The notes: a model not told the origin generated them from the sequence alone. Positions 10,000-19,364 are shown, counted from the stretch's first letter. The stretch is DNA of 64,000 nucleotides from an uncultured Acidobacteriaceae bacterium (GCA_963705665.1 CAVPKQ010000050.1:3580-67579); one strand, 5' to 3'. Numbers and translations: made by a program.

Positions 10000-10786
10000 C
10001 AACGTCGCACAAGAGGGCGGCGAATACCAGGGACCGACTTTCAACATCTCTACAGCCTGCTCATCGGCGACCCACGCCTTGGGGCAGGCCTTCTGGATGG
10101 TGCGTTCCGGGGCAGCTCCTCTGGCCATTGCCGGAGGCAGCGAGTCGCCGATCTTTTTGGGTGGCCTGAAGGCATGGGAGGCGATGCGCGTCGTCAGTCC
10201 CGATACCTGCCGGCCCTTTTCCCTGAATCGCTCCGGCATGATCTTAGGAGAAGGCGCGGCGATGCTGGTTCTCGAGCCCCTGGAGCGCGCCCTGGCCCGT
10301 GGGGCCAAGCCCTTGGCGGAGATCGTGGGATTCGGCATGTCGGCGGATGCTTCACACATGACCCAACCGTCCGCCGAGGGAGCAGCCAGGGCGGTCCGCT
10401 CCGCGTTGCGCGATGCAGACTGGGCGCCGGAGCAGGTCGGCTATATCAACGCCCACGGAACCGGCACGGAAGCCAACGACTGCATGGAAGTTGCCGCCAT
10501 ACGGTTGGTCTTTGGTAAACACGCCGACCGTTTGGCCATCAGCTCTACGAAAGCCATGCACGGGCACGCTCTCGGCGCGGCCGGGGCGCTCGAAGCCGCG
10601 GCCACGGTCTTTGCGCTGGAGCAAGGAGTATTGCCCCCCACCATGAACTTCACCGCTCCCGATCCCGCTTGCGATCTGGACGTAGTTCCCAATGAAGCCC
10701 GTCCAGCGCAGGTAGAAGCTGCCTTGTCGCAAAACTTCGCCTTCGGGGGCCTGAATGCTGTGCTGGCCTTCCGGGCCTATCCGTAA
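10000..10786 (+). pseudogene. Beta-ketoacyl-ACP synthase (KAS II/FabF-like), 5'-truncated, C-terminal ~60% only
   Basis: Family similarity starts at the active-site Cys region (GPTFNISTACSSATHALGQAF). It continues through HMTQP, NAHGTGT and KAMHGHALGAAG to the stop at 10786. There is no N-terminal half, start codon or RBS. The fragment abuts the high-GC block. Confidence 0.75.
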
Positions 10787-10872
10787 TCAGGGATCAGGGA
10801 CCGCAAAGCGCTAGTAGACGAGCCCATTCAGGTCGCATATAGTCAGTGGAGCCCAAGGAGGGCAGCTCTCAA

Positions 10873-11199
10873 ATGCGCATGATGCTCAAGGTTTCAATTC
10901 CTGTCGAGGCGGGCAACGCCGCAGCTCGAAATGGCAGTTTGGGGTCCACTATCCAGGCCATTCTCGATGATTTGAAACCCGAAGCAGTGTACTTTACCGA
11001 AGAGAATGGCGAGCGGACCGCCTATGTATTTTTCGACATGAAGGAATCGTCACAAGTGCCGGCCATTGCGGAGCCCTGGTTTCTTGCCTTCAACGCGAAG
11101 ATCACATTGCGTCCGGCCATGAACGTGCAGGATCTCGCCGCCGGCGGCTCGGGAATTGAACGGGCGGTAAAGAGCTACGGCAAGTCCGCGCAGTTCTGA
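10873..11199 (+). CDS. Conserved small hypothetical protein
   Basis: An AAGGAGG-like RBS sits 8 nt before the ATG at 10873. Sequence [41 protein letters not shown]...[13 protein letters not shown] recognise it as a widespread uncharacterised family but cannot name the family. Confidence 0.55.
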   Translation: MRMMLKVSIPVEAGNAAARNGSLGSTIQAILDDLKPEAVYFTEENGERTAYVFFDMKESSQVPAIAEPWFLAFNAKITLRPAMNVQDLAAGGSGIERAVKSYGKSAQF

Positions 11200-11271
11200 C
11201 CCTCCGCAGCTGATCTTCTAATTAGGGAGCAGGGGTCAGAATTGGGAATCTGGATTCTGAAACCACTCACC

Positions 11272-11907
11272 CTACGAGTTCTGGGACGCCGTCCTTTGAC
11301 GCATTTCACCGGCTAGCTTTGAGGCTGCCACGCAAATGTCACCAAAAATTCTCGCCTCAAACAGGGTTTGCGTTCCAGCGCTCTCCTGAAGTTCAAGAAC
11401 ATGCTTCCGCAGTCTGCGATAAGTCCACATCATTTGTGGTACGGCTGGCTGACTGTGTCCGCGCCGCACGAACGCATTCCCAAGCTCACGCATCACTCCC
11501 TCGACCGTACCGTCATGAATATTGAAATCCGTGCCATTAAGGTCGCTGATCGACTTTAAAGCCCTTCTAGGCTGAGTTTCAGTTACGAACCATGTATGCG
11601 CGCCGCGATTCAACTTGGCCCAGGCAATCGCAAGACCCAGTTCCAGGGGCATATTGAAGCGTGGAGTCGCCGGAGCGGTCCAATCCAACTGAACACGAGA
11701 GAGGTCATGCATGGAATACCGGCAGCTTTGGATTAGCTTGAAAATTCGGTCCAACCGGCGCTCTCCACCCGGAATCTCCAACGTGGCGCGAGGAGAAAGA
11801 CCCAACACGCTGAGTCCTGCGATGTATGCCAGGTATAGCCTTTCGAATGCGCTGTCGTAAGGAATATTCAAGAAGACGGAATTGCGATCAACCCTTGGTT
11901 TGGGCAC
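11272..11907 (-). CDS. Hypothetical protein with a possible TIR / nucleoside 2-deoxyribosyltransferase-like N-terminal domain
   Basis: 211-aa ORF with motifs VFLNIPYD, CRYSMHDLSR and RFNMPLELGLAIAW. Local GC is lower than the surroundings. No family was confidently recognised. Confidence 0.5.
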   Translation of the reverse strand: MPKPRVDRNSVFLNIPYDSAFERLYLAYIAGLSVLGLSPRATLEIPGGERRLDRIFKLIQSCRYSMHDLSRVQLDWTAPATPRFNMPLELGLAIAWAKLNRGAHTWFVTETQPRRALKSISDLNGTDFNIHDGTVEGVMRELGNAFVRRGHSQPAVPQMMWTYRRLRKHVLELQESAGTQTLFEARIFGDICVAASKLAGEMRQRTASQNS

Positions 11908-12163
11908 CGCTCACCGTTCGGCCCTGGGGTGATGTTGCGGGTTTTCTGTGCGTTGTGCTGGTCTTCTTAGCTGCTCCCCGGCCGTTCTTGAAGCCCGATC
12001 TCCGCCTGGCCTGAAGCGTAGATCGGCTCTTGCGCTTCGCGCTCGGGGTCTCAGAGCCAACGATTTCCGCGATCTCCTGTTGCCGTTGGCGGGAAACCCC
12101 CAAGCGGGCCGCCACTTCTTCCGGCGAGAGGAACGGTGTCGTGATGATTACAGAGTGGCTCAT
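11888..12163 (-). CDS. Small putative DNA-binding protein (HTH plus basic tail)
   Basis: MSHSVIITTPFLSPEEVAARLGVSRQRQQEIAEIV is followed by a Lys/Arg-rich tail. A GAAGGA RBS precedes it. It overlaps the downstream 211-aa ORF by 20 nt. Confidence 0.4.
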   Translation of the reverse strand: MSHSVIITTPFLSPEEVAARLGVSRQRQQEIAEIVGSETPSAKRKSRSTLQARRRSGFKNGRGAAKKTSTTHRKPATSPQGRTVSGAQTKG

Positions 12164-12197
12164 GTCGTCCTTCTCTATCTTAGACCCGTCCCTGGCT

Positions 12198-13493
12198 CTA
12201 ATTGCGCGCCATCTTCTCGAAGACTTCCAAGGCATATTCCAGATGGGCGCGGGTATGCGCCGCCGTGACGCAGAGGCGAAGCCGGGCCGAGTCCTGGGGA
12301 ACGGCCGGGAAGAGCACCGGAGCCGCCAGAATGCCGTAATCGCGCAGCCGTCTGGCAAACAGGCCAGTGGTAGCCTCGTCGTTGAAAATGACCGGGATCA
12401 CCGCGGTTTCCGAGAGGCCGGTGTTGTAACCCATCTCACGCAGGCCATTGCGCAGAAAATTAGCGTTCTGCGCGATCTTGGCGACCCGCTCGGGCTCCAA
12501 AGCGAGGATGGCCAAACCCTCGCGGATCGCGGCCACCGATCCTGGACTCAACGCGGCGGAAAAAATATAAGGCGAGGCAGCGTGCTGGAGAAAGATTGCC
12601 AGTTCCTGCGAAACTGCAGCGAAGCCGCCCGTCGCAGGAATCGCCTTGGCCAGCGAGCCCGTCCAAATATCCACTTCGGCCGCGTCAATGCCGAAATGCT
12701 CATCGACGCCGCGGCCATGAGCTCCCAACACTCCTGTGGCGTGCGAATCGTCCACCAGCAGGAAGCAGCCGAATTCCCGGACCACATCGAGGATCTCGGG
12801 CAAACGGCAAATATCTCCATCCATGGAGAAGACGCCTTCGGTGATGACCAACGTGCGATTGGCGGGCGGCCCGTTTTGAATCTCTTGCCGCAGAGAATCA
12901 ATATCGTTGTGCCGGAAGCGCTGCAGTTGGACGCCGGCAAACCTGCAGGCGTCGGTCAGGCTGCGATGGCAAATGGCATCCATGATTACCCGATCCGCCG
13001 CGCCGAAGAGCCCCCCGATTACAGCGACATTGGCCATATAGCCCGAGCTAAAGGTGATGGCGGCCTCGGTCCCGCGAAAAGCGGCCAAATCCTGCTCCAT
13101 GCGCTGGTGCTGGTCCGTAGTCCCGGTGAGCAGGCGAGCCCCTCCGGTGCCGGTGCCGTACCTCTTGATGGCCTCGATGGCCGCGGCGTCGACCCGCGGG
13201 TCGCCAATCAATCCCAGGTAATCATAGGAGGAGAGCATGAGCATGGAGTGGCCATCGGCTTCGACCTCAGGACCAGTCCTTGCTTGGAGCGGGATCTGAA
13301 ACGGATAGGCATCGACGTTGCAGGCTAAGGCGGTTGTCTCGAAGACCCGCCGCCCGCGGGCATCGATGAGATCATTTTTGCGGAACTTCCAGTCTCTCTT
13401 GCGGGAGAAGTATCCGTTGAAATGCTTGCCGGAAGATGAGGGAAATCCGGCAGCCTTTTCCTGCAGCACTTTTGCTTCGATCGAGGTATCCAT
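12198..13493 (-). CDS. PLP-dependent alpha-oxoamine synthase family (8-amino-7-oxononanoate synthase / serine palmitoyltransferase-like)
   Basis: SSYDYLGL, GTGGARLLTG, FSSGYMAN, DDSHATGVLG and the Lys motif TGSLAKAI. It has a ~60-aa N-terminal extension relative to a typical BioF. Confidence 0.9.
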   Translation of the reverse strand: MDTSIEAKVLQEKAAGFPSSSGKHFNGYFSRKRDWKFRKNDLIDARGRRVFETTALACNVDAYPFQIPLQARTGPEVEADGHSMLMLSSYDYLGLIGDPRVDAAAIEAIKRYGTGTGGARLLTGTTDQHQRMEQDLAAFRGTEAAITFSSGYMANVAVIGGLFGAADRVIMDAICHRSLTDACRFAGVQLQRFRHNDIDSLRQEIQNGPPANRTLVITEGVFSMDGDICRLPEILDVVREFGCFLLVDDSHATGVLGAHGRGVDEHFGIDAAEVDIWTGSLAKAIPATGGFAAVSQELAIFLQHAASPYIFSAALSPGSVAAIREGLAILALEPERVAKIAQNANFLRNGLREMGYNTGLSETAVIPVIFNDEATTGLFARRLRDYGILAAPVLFPAVPQDSARLRLCVTAAHTRAHLEYALEVFEKMARN

Positions 13494-13685
13494 CCGTGTA
13501 GCTGACTATAATCGAGGAACACGCGCCTTGGGAAGCGCTCAGATGCATTTCTGGGGCCGTAATGGCTGCCGGGTTACCGGTCAGCCAAGTTCCGAAATCG
13601 GCCGGGAGTTTTGAGACGGTGTGGGTTCTCAATCTCCTGCGGCGCTGATCGGCGTGCGCTCATCTAACTGAGATGAGGATCTTAG

Positions 13686-14756
13686 ATGCTCCCTGTGCTG
13701 CACAACCCGCCTATTGTGCCTGAACTCTCCGCTAACGGAGAGTTTCTGCCCGGCACGCGCCTGAAGGACAAATACGGGCGAACTATCACCGATCTGCGCG
13801 TCTCGGTTACCGACCGCTGCAACTATAAGTGCGTCTATTGCCGTACCGGCAACCAGGGCGCCCAATTTGCCGAGCTGCCGATAGAGGACTACCTCCGCAT
13901 CATCAAGGTCTTTGTTGGCTTAGGCATCGAGAAGGTACGGCTGACCGGAGGTGAGCCGCTGCTGCGCAAGAACCTGGTGAGCATGGTGGCGCAGCTTTCT
14001 CAGCTGCGCACCGACTTCGGCCGCAGCGGAGAACCGCTCGACCTCGCCATCACCACCAATGGCCACCTGCTGGCGGAGTTAGCCCCTTCCCTCAAGTCTG
14101 CCGGACTTACCAGGGTGACGGTCAGCATGGACGCCGTGGATCCGGCTACCTTCGCCCGCATCACCCGAGTGCCGGGAAGCTTCGAGCAGGTGCTTGCCGG
14201 GGTCCGCGTCGCCCAACGGGTGGGGTTGGGGCCGGTGAAAATCAACTGCGTGCTGCTTCGCGGATTCAATGACAGCCAGATCGTCGACTTTGCCCGCTTC
14301 TCCCGCGACGAAGGAGTTATCGTTCGCTTTATCGAGTTCATGCCTCTTGAAGAGGACCGCCTTTGGACCCCCGAGGTGGTTGTCCCGCTCGAAGAAGTAG
14401 TCGAGAGACTCAATAGCTTTCGGCCGCTGGTTCCGCTGGCGGCCAACAATCCCAGCGAGACCGCGCGCCGCTACACCTTCGACGACGGGCTGGGGGAGAT
14501 CGGCATCATAGCGCCCGTCTCGCAAGCATTTTGCGGAGCCTGCAGCCGGGTTCGCCTTACTTCCGACGGCAAGATCCGCACCTGCCTCTTCTCCCATTTC
14601 GATCACGACCTCTATGGCGTGTTGGCGCGCGGCGGCTCGGATGAGGATCTCGCCGGGTTCATTCAAATGACCGTGTCGAAGAAAGAGGCGCGGCATCACA
14701 TTGGGGAGCCGGGCTTCCTCAAGCCGTCCCGCAGCATGGTCCATATCGGTGGCTAG
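13686..14756 (+). CDS. moaA: GTP 3',8-cyclase MoaA (radical SAM, molybdenum cofactor biosynthesis)
   Basis: LRVSVTDRCNYKCVYCR (CxxxCxxC cluster), LTGGEPLLR, and a C-terminal second cluster region CGACSRVRLTSDGKIRTCLF. Confidence 0.92.
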   Translation: MLPVLHNPPIVPELSANGEFLPGTRLKDKYGRTITDLRVSVTDRCNYKCVYCRTGNQGAQFAELPIEDYLRIIKVFVGLGIEKVRLTGGEPLLRKNLVSMVAQLSQLRTDFGRSGEPLDLAITTNGHLLAELAPSLKSAGLTRVTVSMDAVDPATFARITRVPGSFEQVLAGVRVAQRVGLGPVKINCVLLRGFNDSQIVDFARFSRDEGVIVRFIEFMPLEEDRLWTPEVVVPLEEVVERLNSFRPLVPLAANNPSETARRYTFDDGLGEIGIIAPVSQAFCGACSRVRLTSDGKIRTCLFSHFDHDLYGVLARGGSDEDLAGFIQMTVSKKEARHHIGEPGFLKPSRSMVHIGG

Positions 14757-14916
14757 AGCATTGGCCGTTGGGGAACCAAGAAAGCCAACTCAGGCGGCCG
14801 GCGAAAGCCCTGCGCCTGCTGTCCAACCTGGTCGCGCCGGTAACAATAAGAAGAGCGATAGAAGCAATAGAGTGGTTCCGCGAAAAGCGATACCGGCAAC
14901 CGTCAGGGCAGAAACC

Positions 14917-15966
14917 ATGGCTAATCGTAGAGCCGCGGAGAGCGATTCATTCCATGACCTCCACGTCTTTCATGATGTCGCGCGCGCGCTTACCTCGTCG
15001 CTCGATCTGGATTCGATTCTGGGCGCGATCATGCAGCAGATGGAGAAGTTCTTCGAGCCAGAATCCTGGTCGCTTCTGATCGTCGATGAGCAGCAACGGA
15101 ACCTTTATTATGCGGTGGCCGCCGGAAAATCTCCCGGCAAACCAGGCAGTCTGCCCATCCCCCTGGGCGAAGGCATCGCCGGGTGGGTTGCCCAACACGG
15201 CGAGCCGCTTATCGTGCCGGAAGCGAACGGCGATCGCCGCTTTCAGCCCTCCGGGAGCGATGGCGAACCCTGGCCGGTGCGTTCGGTGATCTGCATTCCC
15301 TTGCGCTCGCGAGAACGGACGCTGGGTGTAATCGAGTTGCTGAATTACCGGGTGAGCAGCCTGACCGACTACACCATATCGTTTCTGCACGTGCTTTCCG
15401 ACTATGCCGCAATCGCTATTCAAAATGCGCGCTCCATGGAGCGGATTCAGGAATTAACCATCACCGACGACTGCACGAACCTTTACAACTCGCGTCATTT
15501 GACTTCCGTGATGGAAGCCGAGATCGAGCGTTCGCGCCGTTTCCATCTACCCTTCAGCTTGATCTTTATCGATCTGGATCATTTCAAGCGCGTCAATGAC
15601 CGTCACGGCCACCTTGTAGGCAGCTGGCTGCTGGCGCAGGTCGCCGCGACCGTGAAACAGAATATCCGGGGCGTCGATTCCGCCTTTCGCTATGGCGGGG
15701 ACGAGTTCATCGTTCTATTACCCCAGACCGGCAAGGATGCAGCCTTTGAGGTCAGTCAGCGATTGCTGCGGGCGATGCGCGAGAGTTGCTATTCACGATC
15801 CGAGCAGGTGTCGCTTACCGTGCGCGCCAGTTTTGGGCTGGCAAGCTATCCGGAGGATGGGCAAACGGCCAATGAAATCATCCGCGCCGCTGACGACATG
15901 ATGTACCTGGTAAAGAACTCCACCCGCGACAATATCGCCATTGCGCAGCGCGGCCTGATTGCTTGA
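14917..15966 (+). CDS. GAF domain-containing diguanylate cyclase (GGDEF)
   Basis: The GAF region (LDSILGAIMQQMEKFF...GEGIAGWVAQHGEPLIV) is followed by a GGDEF domain (RYGGDEFIVLL). The start is set at MANRRAAE. The ORF-track start at 14701 overlaps moaA. Confidence 0.88.
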   Translation: MANRRAAESDSFHDLHVFHDVARALTSSLDLDSILGAIMQQMEKFFEPESWSLLIVDEQQRNLYYAVAAGKSPGKPGSLPIPLGEGIAGWVAQHGEPLIVPEANGDRRFQPSGSDGEPWPVRSVICIPLRSRERTLGVIELLNYRVSSLTDYTISFLHVLSDYAAIAIQNARSMERIQELTITDDCTNLYNSRHLTSVMEAEIERSRRFHLPFSLIFIDLDHFKRVNDRHGHLVGSWLLAQVAATVKQNIRGVDSAFRYGGDEFIVLLPQTGKDAAFEVSQRLLRAMRESCYSRSEQVSLTVRASFGLASYPEDGQTANEIIRAADDMMYLVKNSTRDNIAIAQRGLIA

Positions 15967-16042
15967 CAGGTGTCGCGGATCGGGGTTTCTTCCGACTCGT
16001 TGCGGGATCGTGGACTGAGTGATAATAGTAGAGGGGTTTCCG

Positions 16043-16309
16043 ATGGACGTGCAGCTTCAAATCCCGGACGATGTCGCGCGGATCATCCAGAGCGAACAGC
16101 CGGATCTCTCTCGTGCCGCGCTTGAGGCTTTAGCGCTGGAGGGATACCGAAGCGAACGTCTGTCCGAATCGCAGGTGCGACGCCTGCTTGGATTCAGGAC
16201 CCGGATGCAGGTGCATGGCTTTCTGAAGGCCCACAATGTCTATCTCAATTACTCGATTCAGGAACTGGAACGTGATCTTGAATCGCTCAAGCATTTTGAA
16301 GCAACGTAG
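16043..16309 (+). CDS. UPF0175-family antitoxin-like protein
   Basis: MDVQLQIPDDVARIIQSEQPDLSRAALEALALEGYRSERLSESQVRRLLGF is typical of UPF0175. It lies 12 nt upstream of a DUF3368 gene. Confidence 0.75.
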   Translation: MDVQLQIPDDVARIIQSEQPDLSRAALEALALEGYRSERLSESQVRRLLGFRTRMQVHGFLKAHNVYLNYSIQELERDLESLKHFEAT

Positions 16310-16321
16310 AGCAGGGGCTGC

Positions 16322-16807
16322 ATGATCGTCGTCGCAGACACCTCCCCCGTCAATTACCTAGTGCTCCTCAAACATATCGAAATCCTGCCGAAGATTTATG
16401 GTGAAGTGCTTATTCCGCAGGCTGTATACGACGAGCTTCAGGATTGCGAGGCACCAGCCGAGGTTCGTGCGTGGCTCTCGGCGCCACCGGCTTGGCTGCG
16501 GATCAGCAACGTCAGCTACCAACCGGACCCGTTACTGGCTCTTCTCGATCGCGGGGAACAGGATGCAATTCTGCTTGCGAAATCGGTCAAGGCTGAGCGG
16601 CTGATCATCGATGATCTGGACGGCAGGCGCGAAGCTGCGAATCGCAACCTTCCTGTGATTGGAACACTTGGTGTTCTTGCGGAAGCAGCTCGTCGCAATC
16701 TCCTGGACTTATCGCAGGCACTTGCGGCTTTAGAGGCAACTAACTTTCATGCGGCACCCGAACTCATACAGGTATTGTTAGCTAAAGAGGCCAACAGACG
16801 CAAATGA
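16322..16807 (+). CDS. DUF3368 PIN-like nuclease (toxin partner of UPF0175)
   Basis: MIVVADTSPVNYLVLLKHIEILPKIYGEVLIPQAVYDEL...GEQDAILLA...LIIDDLDGRREA. This is the PIN-like acidic residue pattern. Confidence 0.75.
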   Translation: MIVVADTSPVNYLVLLKHIEILPKIYGEVLIPQAVYDELQDCEAPAEVRAWLSAPPAWLRISNVSYQPDPLLALLDRGEQDAILLAKSVKAERLIIDDLDGRREAANRNLPVIGTLGVLAEAARRNLLDLSQALAALEATNFHAAPELIQVLLAKEANRRK

Positions 16808-16981
16808 GAGCCCTCGCCCAGCGTTTAGAGAGCGACAATGCGATGTATCGTATAGATTTTGGCTCGTTGGGGCGGGTCGCCTCCGCTGACCGCTTTTTGC
16901 TGACTCGCTGACTTGCTGACTCGCTCTTTTCTAGTATTTTTAGAAAGGCGAGTCGAAACACACTCTGAGGGAACCGTTACG

Positions 16982-18142
16982 ATGGGCGAAGAGCCAGCAC
17001 GACGCATTCGAATGGGAATGGTGGGCGGAGGACCGGGCGCTTTTATCGGACCGGTACACCGCATGGGGGCTGAACTGGATGGCAAGATTGAACTGGTGGC
17101 CGGAGCCTTCAGTCACGATGCGGCAAAATCGCGCGAGGCGGGGCGGTCCTATGGCATCGGCGAGGAGCGTTCCTACTCCGGTTATCGGGAGATGATGACA
17201 CGGGAGCGCGCCCGTAAAGACGCCATCGATTTTGTATGCATTGTCACTCCCAATCATCTCCACCTCCCCATAGCCAGCGCCGCCCTGGAGAACGGTTTCC
17301 ACGTGGTCAGCGACAAACCGGCGACAGTCGACTTGAAAGAAGCTCTTGAACTTGAAAGTATTGTCCGCCGCACCGGGCTTCTCTATGCGCTCACTTACAC
17401 CTATACCGGGTATCCGATGGTCCGGGAGGCGCGGCATATGGCCCGCGGAGGCGCTGTGGGCAAAATCCGCAAGGTGGTGGTTGAATATTCTCAGGGGTGG
17501 CTTACCGAAGCGCTGGAAAAAACAGGGCAAAGGCAGGCTGCATGGCGAACCGATCCCCAGCAATCCGGCCTGGGCGGAGCTATCGGGGATATCGGCGTCC
17601 ATGCCTTCAACCTGCTGGAGTATTTCACCGGGTTGCGGGTGGCCGAGTTCTGCGCCTCTTTATCCACCGTTGTCCCGGGCCGGACGCTGGATGACGATTG
17701 CAACCTGCTGCTCAAGCTTGACAATGGAGCACCAGGAGTTATGGTCGTGTCGCAGATCGCCGCCGGCGATCGTAACGATATACGGCTGCACGTCTATGGA
17801 GAAAAGGGCGGACTGCACTGGTCGCATGAAAACAATAATGTGCTCGGACTGAACTTGCTCGATGAACCCAGCCAGACCTTGCATGCAGGCTCCCGTTATC
17901 TTTCCGAGCCGACACGCAGCCTGTTCCGTTTGCCGGTAGGACATCCCGAGGGGCTGATCGAAGCCTTCGCCAACATCTATCGCGACTTTGCGGCCGCGGT
18001 GCGAAACCGATTTACCGATCCCAAGGCGGTGCTTACCGATCTGGTGCCGGGCATCGCCGAGGGCCGGCGCAGCATGGCCTTCGTTGAGCAGGCCGTTGAA
18101 AGCAGCCGTTCCCGCGCGGGATGGGTAGCCTTCAAGGATTAA
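16982..18142 (+). CDS. Gfo/Idh/MocA-family NAD(P)-dependent oxidoreductase
   Basis: Rossmann motif IRMGMVGGGPGAFIGPVHR, then IVTPNHLH and VVSDKP. Confidence 0.88.
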   Translation: MGEEPARRIRMGMVGGGPGAFIGPVHRMGAELDGKIELVAGAFSHDAAKSREAGRSYGIGEERSYSGYREMMTRERARKDAIDFVCIVTPNHLHLPIASAALENGFHVVSDKPATVDLKEALELESIVRRTGLLYALTYTYTGYPMVREARHMARGGAVGKIRKVVVEYSQGWLTEALEKTGQRQAAWRTDPQQSGLGGAIGDIGVHAFNLLEYFTGLRVAEFCASLSTVVPGRTLDDDCNLLLKLDNGAPGVMVVSQIAAGDRNDIRLHVYGEKGGLHWSHENNNVLGLNLLDEPSQTLHAGSRYLSEPTRSLFRLPVGHPEGLIEAFANIYRDFAAAVRNRFTDPKAVLTDLVPGIAEGRRSMAFVEQAVESSRSRAGWVAFKD

Positions 18143-18178
18143 ACCAACACATTTCACTGACAGACTGCGAGTACTTGC

Positions 18179-19231
18179 ATGAAAACACTGAAAGGGCCGG
18201 CGATATTTCTGGCCCAGTTCGCCGGCGACCAGCCACCCTTCGACACGCTTCCCGCCATTGCCCAATGGGCGGCCGGCTTGGGTTTCAAAGGAATACAAAT
18301 CCCCACCTGGGATCGCCGCCTCTTCGACCTGAAGGCCGCTGCCGAGAGCCGCGACTACTGTTCCGAAATCGTCGGCGTAGTGCGCGGCCAGGGCCTGGAG
18401 ATTACGGAGCTCTCTACCCATTTACAGGGCCAGCTGATCGCGGTGCATCCGGCATATGACGCATTGTTTGAGAACTTCGCGCCGGCCGAGGTACACGGAA
18501 ATCCCAAGGGCCGCCAGGAGTGGGCCAACCAGCAGCTTCTGCTGGCGGCCAAAGCCAGCCGCAATCTGAATCTCTCCGCTCACCCAACCTTTTCCGGCGC
18601 GCTTGCCTGGCATCTCTTCTATCCCTGGCCACAGAGGCCCGCAGGGCTGATCGAGGAGGCGTTCGCCGAACTTGCGCGGAGGTGGAAGCCGATCCTAGAT
18701 GCCTTCGATGAGGCCGGCGTCGATCTTTGCTTCGAGCTTCATCCTGGAGAAGACTTGCACGATGGGGCCACATTCGAGCGCTTCCTCGACGCCGTCGGCC
18801 AGCATCCCCGCGCCAATATCCTGTACGACCCCAGCCACTTCATGCTGCAGCAACTGGACTATCTGGCCTTTCTCGATCTCTACCACGAGCGGATTCGCGC
18901 CTTTCACGTGAAGGATGCGGAGTTCCGTCCTAACGGGCGCTCCGGCGTTTACGGCGGATACCAGAGCTGGATCGACCGGCCGGGAAGATTCCGCTCCCTC
19001 GGCGACGGACAGATCGACTTCACCGCCATCTTCAGCAAGATGGCGCAGTATGATTTTCCCGGCTGGGCTGTGCTCGAGTGGGAATGCTGCTTGAAGGACC
19101 CGGAAGACGGCGCGCGCGAGGGAGCGGCATTCATCCGCAACCATATCATTCACGTTACGGAGCGAGCCTTCGACGATTTCGCCGACGCCCGCTCCGACAG
19201 CGGCTTCAACCGGCGCGTCCTCGGCCTGTAA
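18179..19231 (+). CDS. Sugar phosphate isomerase/epimerase (xylose isomerase-like TIM barrel)
   Basis: 350-aa ORF with CFELHPGEDLHD, YDPSHFMLQ and FHVKDAEF motifs. It sits next to the Gfo/Idh/MocA gene. Confidence 0.85.
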   Translation: MKTLKGPAIFLAQFAGDQPPFDTLPAIAQWAAGLGFKGIQIPTWDRRLFDLKAAAESRDYCSEIVGVVRGQGLEITELSTHLQGQLIAVHPAYDALFENFAPAEVHGNPKGRQEWANQQLLLAAKASRNLNLSAHPTFSGALAWHLFYPWPQRPAGLIEEAFAELARRWKPILDAFDEAGVDLCFELHPGEDLHDGATFERFLDAVGQHPRANILYDPSHFMLQQLDYLAFLDLYHERIRAFHVKDAEFRPNGRSGVYGGYQSWIDRPGRFRSLGDGQIDFTAIFSKMAQYDFPGWAVLEWECCLKDPEDGAREGAAFIRNHIIHVTERAFDDFADARSDSGFNRRVLGL

Positions 19232-19251
19232 GAGTGTGCATTCATTCCCGG

Positions 19252-19290
19252 AAAGCAGATTCCCTTCGGGAATGACAGAAAGAAAGGCAA
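19252..19290 (+). repeat. Repeat family A copy 1 (aaagcagattcccttcgggaatgacagaaagaaaggcaa)
   Basis: 39 nt identical to 32552-32590. It contains the internal hairpin ATTCCC-ttc-GGGAAT and lies 21 nt after the stop of the isomerase gene. Confidence 0.85.
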
Positions 19291-19364
19291 AGACGGATTA
19301 CCTTAGCCCTTATCCGCCGCTGCTTCCCTCGATTTGCAATGCTCCGGGCCTTTTGTATTTGTGG

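Noticed and set aside
12030-13328. 432-aa plus-strand ORF covering the alpha-oxoamine synthase region.
   Set aside because: It is antisense to a gene with unmistakable PLP-enzyme motifs, and its own translation has no recognisable domains.
10000-13493. A lipid (sphingolipid-like) biosynthesis cluster formed by the KAS fragment and the alpha-oxoamine synthase.
   Set aside because: The KAS is truncated at the block junction. The two genes are on opposite strands and are separated by unrelated small genes. No ACP, reductase or acyltransferase genes are present, so the evidence is insufficient.
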